Source of the DNA: a virus
Lineage: Duplodnaviria; Caudoviricetes
Reading direction: 5' to 3' (one strand)
DNA: 64,000 nucleotides
IMG/VR virus record: IMGVR_UViG_3300035424_000154
Coordinates: 1-64,000 of that record
The notes beneath the pieces are model-generated. The model was not told the DNA's origin, ran no database searches, and worked only from the letters and a program-made list of their open reading frames with translations. Position numbers and translations under genes: made by a program. Below, piece after piece: positions 1-9,136 of the stretch. The stretch's first letter is position 1, and each line of letters opens with the position of its first letter.

Positions 1-33
1 AATTCGTTTTCCCATGTCTGCTCTCCCTTGTTT

Positions 34-270
34 TTATTGTTTCGCTGTCTGTCTTATAGGGAGCATATCAGCATTGGCCCGAAGCCAAGCAGCCATAGCA
101 TCCAGCTGATCGCGGTTCTTAATCGGGAAGACGGTTTGCTCCTCTCCCTTGCGATAGTTGGTCTTTTTAGGAGGCTCAGCAATTCCAGGGAACTGAATGA
201 TTTTGCAAGAGTGGTTTACCGTAGTGCTGGTCTGAAAAGCCTGATCGAACAGTGTAAGCTGAGCGTTCAT
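34..270 (-). pseudogene. Short ORF resembling a truncated tyrosine-recombinase N-terminus
   Basis: TVFPIKNRDQLDAMAAWLR resembles the V-x-PI-x-D start of Bacillota integrase-like proteins; stops after 78 aa; GAGGTG RBS and promoter upstream; another gene (MGKRI) starts at 15 on the minus strand. Confidence 0.4.
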
Positions 271-330
271 AAGATCACCTCATCCAAAGTAGTCAGAACT
301 CACGTCTACAATTAGAGTTTTCTATAATTT

Positions 331-359
331 ATTGTACCATAAAGACGGCCTGAAGTCAA
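331..359 (-). promoter_or_regulatory. sigmaA-type leftward promoter
   Basis: Reverse complement reads TTGACT-N17-TACAAT. Confidence 0.75.
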
Positions 360-367
360 TAAAAAGT

Positions 368-384
368 TTATGTATTTTTGTTTC
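368..384 (-). promoter_or_regulatory. 17-bp repeated operator-like motif
   Basis: Reverse complement GAAACAAAAATACATAA, 8 bp upstream of the leftward -35. Confidence 0.7.
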
Positions 385-519
385 TATCGAGTAAAAATGC
401 GTCTGTAATTGGTAGAAATTCAAACGATTATGATATTCTTGAGTAACAATCGCTGAGATTTTGCTACTGGTGCAGGCGATGTTTTCTTGACTGTAAAGGG
501 GAGAAGCCCGAGGTTATTG

Positions 520-1230
520 CCGAGTGAAAAATGAGGGGTACGTGAGGGAAGGAAGGTACTGAGTCAATTTGTAAAATTGACCGGGACGTTGGAAATGTAG
601 AGGCTCCCCCGGTGCCTGTATGCTGAGCAGGCGGGCGGGCAGGTGTTCACCGTCTGCAATCGGGGCTTCAGGGGGCTGGGGTTCTGCAAACTCTCCAAAA
701 GCAGAATTGCACGACAACGGGCGCAAGAGCTGAGCAGGTAGCAGGACGGGCAACGGCTGGGAGTTCTCAGGGGCTGGGCAGGTGCTGGTGGGCATCGGTT
801 CGGTATATATGACTTTGACGGCACGGCGGCGGGTTGTTTTGCCTTGCTCCTCTCTCCTTGCCTCTCTCCCTCTCCTCTCCTTCTCCCATCCGGTGCAGGT
901 GCAGGCGCTGGGCGTGTCGCTGGGATTCGTGGAGCGCTGGCAGCTGGCCGGTGCAGCTCCTGGGGGCTGGCCGTGTCCGTCGTGGTGCTGGGCTGAGGGC
1001 TGGCCGGTGGTGCAGATCATCCGGGCGGCGGGGCGTCCTTCTCCGGGCAGGTGGTGCAGGTGCAGGCGGGGCGGGTGCTGATCGCCTCCGGGCGTCTCCT
1101 GGGGTGCTGGGCGTGCTGTGTCCGTCTGGCCGTGTCTCTCCCTCTCCTCCTCTCCTCTTGCCCTCCTGGGGCGTGCTGGGGCATTGCTGGGGCGCTGGTG
1201 CTGGGCACTGGGCAGGTGCAGGCCATGCCG
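520..1230. repeat. G-rich low-complexity non-coding region with short degenerate repeats
   Basis: Repeated GCAGGTGCAGG and GCTGGGCGTG units; two CT tracts (about 849-887 and 1136-1167); strong G-over-C skew on + strand; only shadow ORFs. Confidence 0.6.
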
Positions 1231-1374
1231 GGACTGCTATCCGTCAAAATGCACAAACTTAGTCCTAAAAAGGCAGCACTTTGACGAAAAAATGATCTTG
1301 AAATCATCACTTTTTTATGGGTATTTATGCCCTATTCATTGCAAAATGGGCTACTTTTGCAATCTTTTTCTTTT

Positions 1375-1420
1375 GAGTCAAAAATACATAGTTGACAGTT
1401 AGGATATTTTTTGGTAAGAT
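1375..1420 (+). promoter_or_regulatory. 17-bp motif abutting a consensus sigmaA promoter of the sigma-factor gene
   Basis: GAGTCAAAAATACATAG (1375-1391) then TTGACA (1392-1397)-N17-TGnTAAGAT (1415-1420). Confidence 0.85.
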
Positions 1421-1491
1421 ATAGACAGTTCAAGGGACGGGGCGCGGGCCGTCTGGGGCGCTGAGTGCTTCCCCTTGCTTCCCTTCCCATT

Positions 1492-1508
1492 GAGCCAAAA
1501 ATACATAA
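1492..1508 (+). promoter_or_regulatory. 17-bp repeated motif
   Basis: GAGCCAAAAATACATAA just before the RBS of 1530. Confidence 0.7.
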
Positions 1509-1529
1509 ACTTAAAGGAGATCAAAAGCA

Positions 1530-2327
1530 ATGAAAAAGAGTTACAATCTGAAGGCCATCATGGGCCGCGCCTGGGCTATCCGTAAAGCTGCCGCCGCTGA
1601 GATCGGCTGCAAGGTGTCCGAAATCGTTTTCTCCCTGTGTCTGAAGCAGGCGTGGGCTGAGGCTGAGGGCGTCAACGCTGAAGCTAACGTCTGCGAGATC
1701 ATCCACGAGTGGGGCGAGCTGGGCGAGGCCGGGCAGGTCAAAATGATGTCCGCCTGTGTTCGCAAGGCCGCAAAGAATGAAATCCGGTATAGCACCGAAG
1801 ATCATTACCTGCAGTTTTCTGAAGTTCCCGCTTTCGCTTGCTTCCGTGCCCATGATTTTGATGAGTTTATCAGTGAAACGGTCATCCGGGTGCTTGATAA
1901 GCTGGGCGACGTTGAAAAGCTAACGGCCACCAATGAAAAGCGGGCCGCGCAAGGCAAGCGCCCCATCCGCCTGGTGTCCATCGTCTACAATGCGGCACGG
2001 GCGAGCATCGCGGCGGTTCACTATCAGGACGCCAAACACGGCGCGGCGTATGACTGGGAGATCGACGACGGCGAGGGCAACACGGCGAGCTATCTGGAGA
2101 CGATGGTGGAGAGCGGGCACGATAACACCGAGGAAAGCGCCATCATCCGGGCGACGCTGGACAGCTACCGGGGCGAGCTGGACGAGATCGGGCAGCAGAT
2201 TCTGGAGCTTGTGGCCGCGCACATGACCGAGCGCGAGATCGCTAAAGTCGTCGGTATCTCTAACGTGGCCGTTCATAAGAGGATCGCCAAAATGCGGGCG
2301 GCGCTGGAAAGCCTGCGGGCGGCGTGA
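1530..2327 (+). CDS. Phage sigma70/ECF-like RNA polymerase sigma factor
   Basis: Region 2-like DEFISETVIRVLDKL...IVYNAARASI and region 4 HTH QILELVAAHMTEREIAKVVGISNVAVHKRIAKMR; AAGGAG RBS. Confidence 0.75.
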   Translation: MKKSYNLKAIMGRAWAIRKAAAAEIGCKVSEIVFSLCLKQAWAEAEGVNAEANVCEIIHEWGELGEAGQVKMMSACVRKAAKNEIRYSTEDHYLQFSEVPAFACFRAHDFDEFISETVIRVLDKLGDVEKLTATNEKRAAQGKRPIRLVSIVYNAARASIAAVHYQDAKHGAAYDWEIDDGEGNTASYLETMVESGHDNTEESAIIRATLDSYRGELDEIGQQILELVAAHMTEREIAKVVGISNVAVHKRIAKMRAALESLRAA

Positions 2328-2330
2328 AAA

Positions 2331-2347
2331 GAACCAAAAATACATAG
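2331..2347 (+). promoter_or_regulatory. 17-bp repeated motif
   Basis: GAACCAAAAATACATAG immediately before the first GGTTAGCA promoter. Confidence 0.7.
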
Positions 2348-2455
2348 TCAATCGGTTAGCAAGGCAAGGAATCCACCTGTAACTATAACAGCGGGCCGGT
2401 GAGTTTCACCGGGCACCGGCCCGCAACAACAAAACGACATAAAGGAGAATAAACC

Positions 2456-2818
2456 ATGAACACCATCAACAACGCCAAACTCCAAAATTGCTTCAAGCTG
2501 AGCAGCAAAGTGACCGTGTACGTGCCCGCCACTAACGGCGTCAGCGAGGCCACCGACAACACGGAGCAGGTCAAGAAAACCGCTTCCCTGTTGGCTGGGC
2601 TGTTCGGCGGCTCCACCTCTACCGCCGCGCTGGGTTACTGGTTGTCTCCCATCGCTGGGCTGGTTGCCGAGGCTACCACCGTAGTTTTCGCCTATGCCGC
2701 TGAAGCTGATCTCCAGGCGCACATCGGCGAGGTTGTGGAGCTGTGCGAGGAGCTGAAGCACGACATGGGGCAGGAGGCCATCGCCCTGGAAATCAACGGC
2801 GAGATGTACTTCATCTAA
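2456..2818 (+). CDS. Hypothetical protein (120 aa)
   Basis: AAGGAG RBS, own promoter and terminator, biased codon use. Confidence 0.85.
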   Translation: MNTINNAKLQNCFKLSSKVTVYVPATNGVSEATDNTEQVKKTASLLAGLFGGSTSTAALGYWLSPIAGLVAEATTVVFAYAAEADLQAHIGEVVELCEELKHDMGQEAIALEINGEMYFI

Positions 2819-2887
2819 CAGTGGAACGCGGGCGGGTACCGGGCAGGGTATCCCGTCCGCTTTGCTTTTTGGGAGGAGGCGGAACGG

Positions 2888-3085
2888 ATGCAGGAGTGCG
2901 GCGCGGACTGGTACCGGATGCAGGCACGGGAACGGAGGCGGCTGGAGGCCGCACGGCGGAGCGGATGGAGAAATTCAATCCGCCGGGATTTGGTGGAGCT
3001 GGAAGCGCTGAAGGTGGAGCTGCTGAGGGGAGCAAGGGCGGAACGGCGGAGGGCGGAACGCATGAAAAATTTTCGGAACGGTTAG
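2888..3085 (+). CDS. Hypothetical basic protein (65 aa)
   Basis: GGAGGAGG RBS; stop TAG lies in the next -35 box. Confidence 0.45.
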   Translation: MQECGADWYRMQARERRRLEAARRSGWRNSIRRDLVELEALKVELLRGARAERRRAERMKNFRNG

Positions 3086-3155
3086 CAATTCCCGCCGCGC
3101 CTTTGTAATTACAGTAGAGGCCACAAAAAACAACATAACGACGGAGGAAATCACG

Positions 3156-3353
3156 ATGTACACATTCAAGATCACGTTTCAGCTGTACGGCGGCGGACGG
3201 AAAACCTACAGCGTAAAGGCTGGAAACCGGGAGGCCGCTATTGATAAGGCACGGGAGAAAGCACGGCGGGCCGTGCTGGACACAACCGGCAATATTGAGG
3301 TTTACCGCGTGGGGCAGATTGCGGAGCCGCTCACCCTGAATATTTCAATCTAA
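3156..3353 (+). CDS. Hypothetical protein (65 aa)
   Basis: Promoter 3080, GGAGG RBS. Confidence 0.8.
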   Translation: MYTFKITFQLYGGGRKTYSVKAGNREAAIDKAREKARRAVLDTTGNIEVYRVGQIAEPLTLNISI

Positions 3354-3443
3354 AAAAAGTTTCCCGGCGTGGTTAGCAGACTGCGCCGGGATTCTGTAAT
3401 TATAACAGAGGGACACAAAAAAACATAATGGAGGCGCTGAGAT

Positions 3444-3725
3444 ATGGCAAAGACAATCCGGGAGATGTTCCCACGGGAAAAGACGCTGTACACCGTTTCA
3501 AGCGTGGAGGAGCTGATTGCAAAGTACACGGAGGCCGGCGGGCAGGTGCTGCAAATGCAGGAGGGAACGCTGGGATGCGGCGACATTCTTTTGCATGACC
3601 CCGCTGGAAAACTGTATACATTCGTTATCCGGGAAGTTTACATCAACGAGTGGAGCAGCGGCCATACCGTGCGGAAATATCGGAAAATCCCCGCAAAGTA
3701 TCAGGCAATAGTGGACGTTGCATAA
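3444..3725 (+). CDS. Hypothetical protein (93 aa)
   Basis: Promoter 3371, GGAGG RBS, terminator 3760. Confidence 0.85.
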   Translation: MAKTIREMFPREKTLYTVSSVEELIAKYTEAGGQVLQMQEGTLGCGDILLHDPAGKLYTFVIREVYINEWSSGHTVRKYRKIPAKYQAIVDVA

Positions 3726-3879
3726 TGGAACACATACAAGATCGCACTGTGATACAAGGCGGACGGGAGAAATCCCGTCCGTTTTTTTTGTTTTCGGGAC
3801 TGGAAAATTATTTTTGTGGACTGGTTAGCAGGAACGGCGGAACGTCTGTAAATATAATAGGCCGAACCAAAACAACATA

Positions 3880-4260
3880 ATGGAGGGTATGGAAATGCTG
3901 GATTATAAGGCAATGCGGGAAATGCTGAAGGGAAGCCCGGAGGGTATTAAGCTGGAACATTTCACGGAGGCATTTTATTCGATTTACTGTGAAGCGTACA
4001 CGACAAAAGACTGGACACCGGTATATTCTACGGATTTTTACAATCTGGACGGTAGTAGCTACTGCGCCTTTTTGGAAGTGTTCAACGCTTCCCTTCCCCG
4101 CTGGCGGTTGACGTTTGGAAAATATGACGCTTTCCACTGGCCTATGGATATGATGCACATTTATGTCAATGAGGCGACGGAGGAGGCCGCGAGAACGCAA
4201 GGGCAGCAGATGCTGGAGCAGTACGGCGCAGATTATGTGGAGGTTATGAAAGTCAGATAG
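3880..4260 (+). CDS. Hypothetical protein (about 126 aa, start uncertain)
   Basis: Promoter 3823, GGAGG RBS. Confidence 0.75.
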   Translation: MEGMEMLDYKAMREMLKGSPEGIKLEHFTEAFYSIYCEAYTTKDWTPVYSTDFYNLDGSSYCAFLEVFNASLPRWRLTFGKYDAFHWPMDMMHIYVNEATEEAARTQGQQMLEQYGADYVEVMKVR

Positions 4261-4471
4261 CTGTTCTGGGCTTGTGGCCCGCATGATCGGGAGACACCCT
4301 TTGCGAGTGCTGCGCCCGGAAATTGCTGGACGGCCTGAGCGCTGTTATCAAGTGAAAAACGGAGGGCGGGAGAAATCCCGCCCTTTTTATTTTACTGGTT
4401 AGCAAATGGATAGAATGGCCTGTAATTATAGTAGAACCGGCAACAAAAAAACTTTATGGAGGCGCTGAGCT

Positions 4472-4819
4472 ATGGCAAGAAATCTGAAGAAAGACTATAT
4501 CAAGAAAATCCTGAGCATGGAGGCCCCGAACGGCTACAAGTTCGATATTGCGAACTACCTGTACAATCCCGCCTATGGGAATGACTATCCCGCATTTCAA
4601 AAGGTTATCGCGGAGACGGAGGACACCGAGACTATCCGCCGCGTCTACTACATGAAGCACTACGACGGCACCGGCGAGTACATCGCGGAGACGTTCACCC
4701 GGAAAAAGGACGGCGACGCTTGGCAGATCGTTAAGGGCCGGACGGAGGAAATTCTGGAGGCGGCGAACCGGTACAACGTGAAAAAGCTGCTGACGTTCTG
4801 TGTGGATACGGCTGCATGA
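4472..4819 (+). CDS. Hypothetical protein (115 aa)
   Basis: Promoter 4397, GGAGG RBS, terminator. Confidence 0.85.
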   Translation: MARNLKKDYIKKILSMEAPNGYKFDIANYLYNPAYGNDYPAFQKVIAETEDTETIRRVYYMKHYDGTGEYIAETFTRKKDGDAWQIVKGRTEEILEAANRYNVKKLLTFCVDTAA

Positions 4820-4934
4820 TATGGAGACGGGCGGGGAAATTCCCCGCCCGCTTTCATTTCCGGCCTGGAAGATATTTTTTCGGAACGGTTAGCAAATTGA
4901 GGGAACAGCCTGTAATTATAGTGTGAACCAATGA

Positions 4935-4972
4935 TGGAGCCGCCGGAACACTGGTGGCAAGCTAAAAGCCCA
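4935..4972 (+). other. Conserved structured 5' leader, copy 1
   Basis: TGGAGCCGCCGGAACACTGGTGGCAAGCTAAAAGCCCA; near-identical to 7633-7670 with pairing preserved. Confidence 0.55.
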
Positions 4973-5004
4973 TCAATCAATCAAACTAATGGAGGCTGAC
5001 AGAT

Positions 5005-5496
5005 ATGAAATGGTTTAGCAATCCTGAGACATTGGAGGACTTGAAAAAGCAGTATCACCGGCTGGCTATGAAGCACCATCCCGACGTGGGCGGAACGGAG
5101 CAGGCCATGAAGGAGATCAACGCAGAATATGAAAAGCTGTTCAATGGCCTGAAGGATACCCACAAAAACGCGGAGGGTGAGTTTTACCAGTCCCGCACGG
5201 CCACAACGGAGACGGCGGCGGAGTTCATGGATATCATCGAAAAGCTGATTCACATGGACGGCATCGAGATCGAGGTCTGCGGCTCCTGGGTTTGGGTAAC
5301 TGGTGACACGCGCCCGCATAAGGACGAGCTGAAGGCGCTGGCTTTCCGTTGGAGTTCTAACAAGGCCGCATGGTATTTCCACCGGGATGGATACAAGAAG
5401 CGGGGCAGAAAATCCCTGACGCTGGACGAGATTAGAGGCTATTACGGCAGCGAGAAGATCGAAAAGAGGCAGGGCGCAAATATCGCGGTAGCGTAA
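5005..5496 (+). CDS. J-domain (DnaJ-like) protein
   Basis: LKKQYHRLAMKHHPDVGG...INAEY J-domain with HPD motif. Confidence 0.85.
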   Translation: MKWFSNPETLEDLKKQYHRLAMKHHPDVGGTEQAMKEINAEYEKLFNGLKDTHKNAEGEFYQSRTATTETAAEFMDIIEKLIHMDGIEIEVCGSWVWVTGDTRPHKDELKALAFRWSSNKAAWYFHRDGYKKRGRKSLTLDEIRGYYGSEKIEKRQGANIAVA

Positions 5497-5627
5497 CGGA
5501 TACGGCGGGCTGGGAGACTGGCCCGCCTTTTCTGTTCTTTAGAAAACTTTTCTTGACGGTTAGCAAAACTTGATGGCCGTCTGTTATTATAGTAGGAACC
5601 TAAAAAGCATTAAGGAGGCCACAAGTT

Positions 5628-5999
5628 ATGACACGGTTTCAACGGGAGCTGAGCGGCGAGCTGGGCGAGTTCTGGAAAAAGGAAGCTGAGAAGCAGCTGG
5701 ACAAGGTGCGGGCGGAGCTGGCGGAGGGAAAGATCAGCATTGACGCGGAGGGCGTCGCCCGGAATTGTATTGGCCGGGTGCTGATGGACGACTTGCTGGA
5801 GCAGCTGGGCATAGCCACGGATAAGGTAAACGCAGAGGCGACACGGGCAGCGAGGGAGACGGAAAACGCTACATTTCTGGCTGAGTATCGGGCACGGCGC
5901 AATGCTCCAAGTGCTGAGGAGCTGGCGGAAATGCGGGCCACCTTCGGCGCTGGTGCTACTGTGGTGGATGCACTGACCGGCGAAAAGATTATCCTGTAA
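5628..5999 (+). CDS. Hypothetical protein (123 aa)
   Basis: Promoter 5558, AAGGAGG RBS, terminator. Confidence 0.85.
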   Translation: MTRFQRELSGELGEFWKKEAEKQLDKVRAELAEGKISIDAEGVARNCIGRVLMDDLLEQLGIATDKVNAEATRAARETENATFLAEYRARRNAPSAEELAEMRATFGAGATVVDALTGEKIIL

Positions 6000-6114
6000 A
6001 TAATGGGCTGGGAGAGATCCCGGCCCATTTTTATTTTTGGAAGGTTAGCAATTTATGTTTTCCGTCTGTAATTATAATAGAAGCAAACAACATAACGATT
6101 GACGGAGGTACAAA

Positions 6115-6717
6115 ATGAGCTGGTTTTATGATACGTTTCTCCCGTCTCTTTTGGAGCGGGCCGGGACAAATAAGGGAATGTGGCTGTCCAGGAAGCAAAC
6201 GGCTATTTGCATCGAAAAAATGGAACAGCACACGACTATGGTGCCACAACTTCAGGGCGATTATTGCCGCCATAACTATTACACGCTGGAATGGAATGGA
6301 CGGCACGTCTTTTTGAATTACTCCAAGCTGAACGGCTGCGGGCAGATCACTTTCGGATTCGATGCAGCGGAGGCTGAGGAGGCGAGCCGTCGCCGTGCTG
6401 AAGAGGAGCGGCGGGAGGCTGAAGAGCGCATGGAGCGCAAGCGTAAGTGGACGGCCTGGGCGCGTGAAAATGCACCGGAAAAGCTGGCGCAAAGGATAGC
6501 ACGTCATCAATCCAAGGTGGACGACCTGAAGGAAGCGATTGAGGATATTCTGGAGGATTTGCGTGAGGAGGAGGCGGCAGGCGACACTAAATATATTGAG
6601 ATCGACCGTGCGGCGCTGGAGCGGGCTAAAAATGAGCTGGCGGAGGCTGAAGCAATATGGAAAATCCCCGGCATTTTTTATGCCTTTTGGTTAGCAAAAT
6701 GCGGGATTATCCTGTAA
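6115..6717 (+). CDS. Hypothetical protein with coiled-coil C-terminus
   Basis: Promoter 6043, GGAGG RBS; 3' end runs through the next promoter. Confidence 0.75.
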   Translation: MSWFYDTFLPSLLERAGTNKGMWLSRKQTAICIEKMEQHTTMVPQLQGDYCRHNYYTLEWNGRHVFLNYSKLNGCGQITFGFDAAEAEEASRRRAEEERREAEERMERKRKWTAWARENAPEKLAQRIARHQSKVDDLKEAIEDILEDLREEEAAGDTKYIEIDRAALERAKNELAEAEAIWKIPGIFYAFWLAKCGIIL

Positions 6718-6752
6718 ATATAGTAGAAACCAAAATAATGGAGGTACCCAAA

Positions 6753-7013
6753 ATGAAAAAAGTGTATCATGTTTACCGTTCCACCAAAACCAGAAAAACC
6801 GTCGTCGTTGGTGATTTTGAGACGCTGGCGGAGGCGCAGGAGGCTATGCTGGCCCATTACAAGAGCACTCCCAAGCGTGGAAAGTTCTGGTATGCGATTA
6901 GCGAGGACAATTTGCGCGAGATCGACGGCGTGATGTTCCGGGAGACGTGCTATGACGGCCAAACCTATCACAAGACTTTCCAGATGGATGAGCTGAAAGC
7001 CCTGGCGGAGTAA
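6753..7013 (+). CDS. Hypothetical protein (86 aa)
   Basis: Promoter 6689, GGAGG RBS; start moved to ATG 6753. Confidence 0.8.
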   Translation: MKKVYHVYRSTKTRKTVVVGDFETLAEAQEAMLAHYKSTPKRGKFWYAISEDNLREIDGVMFRETCYDGQTYHKTFQMDELKALAE

Positions 7014-7128
7014 ATACGGAGCGGCGGAGAATAAAAACTCCGCCGCTTTTTTATGGATGGTTAGCAAATACGCATTTCATTCTGTAAATATAGTAGAAAC
7101 CCCAAAACAACATAATGGAGGTAAGATC

Positions 7129-7302
7129 ATGCGCGTTGTAATTTGTATGCCCACGGGCAAAGACGGGATTCAGGATGATTTGATTATTCGGGATTCCCTG
7201 CTGACGGTTGTAAACCGTATCACGCTACTGGACGAAAAGAGTGGCGAGTTTGAGGCCGATAACGATAAGAATATGGTCACGTTCAAAGTTGAGGAGGTGT
7301 AA
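7129..7302 (+). CDS. Hypothetical protein (57 aa)
   Basis: Promoter 7059, GGAGG RBS, ATG 7129. Confidence 0.75.
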   Translation: MRVVICMPTGKDGIQDDLIIRDSLLTVVNRITLLDEKSGEFEADNDKNMVTFKVEEV

Positions 7303-7305
7303 AGG

Positions 7306-7542
7306 ATGATCGTCAAGAAAATCAAGGGAACGGAAATCAGGCGGTACCGAAACGATAACGGCGACGTGCTGGGCATTGCCGGAACGGTGGAGGAGCTGGA
7401 GCGGGCGGAAATCCTGCTGCATGACGGCGACGGAAAACTTATGCCCACGGATTCCTGGTGCTGCATTGATGACAAGGGAAATATTCTGGATTTTGTCGGC
7501 AGTAGAGAGGCCGCAAAGCTGGTTTTTATGGAATTGTGCTGA
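7306..7542 (+). CDS. Hypothetical protein (78 aa)
   Basis: GGAGG RBS, terminator after. Confidence 0.75.
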   Translation: MIVKKIKGTEIRRYRNDNGDVLGIAGTVEELERAEILLHDGDGKLMPTDSWCCIDDKGNILDFVGSREAAKLVFMELC

Positions 7543-7632
7543 CATTTTGCCTAAGGCGTCCTGGAAACGGGACGCCCATTTTTATTTTCTGTGTGGTTAG
7601 CAAAATTGGAAAATTGCTTGTGATAGTAGTAG

Positions 7633-7670
7633 TGGAGCCGCTGGAATACTGGCGGCAGGCCAAAAGCCCA
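7633..7670 (+). other. Conserved structured 5' leader, copy 2
   Basis: TGGAGCCGCTGGAATACTGGCGGCAGGCCAAAAGCCCA. Confidence 0.55.
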
Positions 7671-7699
7671 CCGAAAATCAAAATAAAGGAGACGAGGGC

Positions 7700-7861
7700 A
7701 TGAAAGAAAACTGGATTGTGTTCTACCATGGTGAACAAGAGCTGAGTGCTTGTACTGTCCGGGGATCATTCCCTGGTGAGATTGCAGCGACAAAGGAGCT
7801 GCTGGCCTATGAAAATGGCATCCCCTGTGAGTCCATCCGAGTGGAAGTAGAAAGCCGATGA
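7700..7861 (+). CDS. Hypothetical protein (53 aa, MKENWIVFYHGE...)
   Basis: Below ORF-track cut-off; AAGGAG RBS, promoter 7595. Confidence 0.7.
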   Translation: MKENWIVFYHGEQELSACTVRGSFPGEIAATKELLAYENGIPCESIRVEVESR

Positions 7862-8019
7862 GATACTTTCTTCTGGATGGTACAGAAATCACTGAGGAGG
7901 AGGCCAAACGCATTGAAGCCCAAAACCGGGAGATTTTAGAGGATGGTACGGTGGAGGAGCTTTTGCAAATTCGACACATTATCATAAGGAGGAATAATCA
8001 TTGCTTTGAGGAGCTATAA
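7858..8019 (+). CDS. Hypothetical protein (53 aa, MRYFLLDGTEIT...)
   Basis: ATGA overlap with previous gene; terminator follows. Confidence 0.65.
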   Translation: MRYFLLDGTEITEEEAKRIEAQNREILEDGTVEELLQIRHIIIRRNNHCFEEL

Positions 8020-8143
8020 ACCGTGGGGCGTTCTGGAAACGGAGCGCCCCATATTTTATTTTTTTAGCATGGTTAGCAGGGATTATATATCATCTGTATA
8101 TATAGTGTAGGAACTCAAAAACAACATAATGGAGGTAAAGAAA

Positions 8144-8539
8144 ATGGCTTTAATTGAAATGTATGTGTCTGATAGCTTGTACTTGGATGCGGAGAGAATC
8201 ACCGACAAGGTGTATATTGTCCACCTCTCCAATGGCAAGGAGATCAGGGTTGAGAAAGAACCGGAGTACAACGGAGATACTTGGGCGTGGAAAGTGGATA
8301 GTCAGGTGTTCAGCCGTGATGATTATGCCCTGTCTTATCTCAAGGAGATTGTGGTGGAAAAACTGACCGGCAAGCGCATTATACTCCATGCAAAAAAGGA
8401 AGTTCCTGATATTTGTGGAGTGGAGGGCCGTGCCTGCCGTGCTAAGGGGAAATGCAATACGGCGCTGTGTTCATTTTGTCCTGTGGCGGAGAAGTTCGAG
8501 GCTGACCGGGATGGAGTCGAGTTAATATATGCAGTTTAA
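8144..8539 (+). CDS. Hypothetical protein with Cys-rich C-terminus
   Basis: Promoter 8071, GGAGG RBS; C-x5-C...C-x4-C-x2-C cluster. Confidence 0.8.
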   Translation: MALIEMYVSDSLYLDAERITDKVYIVHLSNGKEIRVEKEPEYNGDTWAWKVDSQVFSRDDYALSYLKEIVVEKLTGKRIILHAKKEVPDICGVEGRACRAKGKCNTALCSFCPVAEKFEADRDGVELIYAV

Positions 8540-8684
8540 GTATAGCGGGCTGGCCTGGAAGGGCTGGCCCGCTATTCTGTTTTTCCAGAAAATTTTTCAG
8601 GATAGGTTAGCAAATATGGGAGGCTGTCTGTGATATATAGTGGGGAGCCTCCCCAACACAAAACGAAAACGGAGGAATAACAAA

Positions 8685-9005
8685 ATGAACAAGGCTTACA
8701 TGATCGGTGAGAAGAACGGACAGAAGTACGTGGCGCACACGGCCACCCGCCCCCCCCTGGACAACGCGCAGGAGATCACCAAGGCGGAGTACCGTCGGCA
8801 CCGCGCCGCTGGCATCCCGAGCTGGGGTGAGCGCGTGACGGCCATCGCCAAGCAGGAGAGCAGCGACCCCAAGCGGGCACGGCGCTGGGCTGCGCGGCGT
8901 GCCAAGGCCAAGGCGGAGGCGCGGAAGATGGAGATGGAGCGGAAGCACACCTGGAAGGAGCGGCGGGCTAAGGCCAAGGCGGAGCAGGCGCAGGCCACCG
9001 CCTGA
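8685..9005 (+). CDS. Basic Arg/Lys/Ala-rich protein
   Basis: Promoter 8605, GGAGG RBS, terminator. Confidence 0.8.
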   Translation: MNKAYMIGEKNGQKYVAHTATRPPLDNAQEITKAEYRRHRAAGIPSWGERVTAIAKQESSDPKRARRWAARRAKAKAEARKMEMERKHTWKERRAKAKAEQAQATA

Positions 9006-9136
9006 GAATTGGAGCAGATTAGCGGGGTTGCTTTTCGGAGTGGCCCCGCTTTTTTGTTTTCACGGTTAGCAAAGTTTCTGAACGGTTTGTATATATAGTG
9101 AGCACATCCAAAATTGAATTTAGGGAGGACAACAAA

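Noticed and set aside
514-1402. Overlapping 77-168-aa ORFs on both strands
   Set aside because: Low-complexity translations of the G-rich repeat region with no RBS; treated as shadow ORFs.
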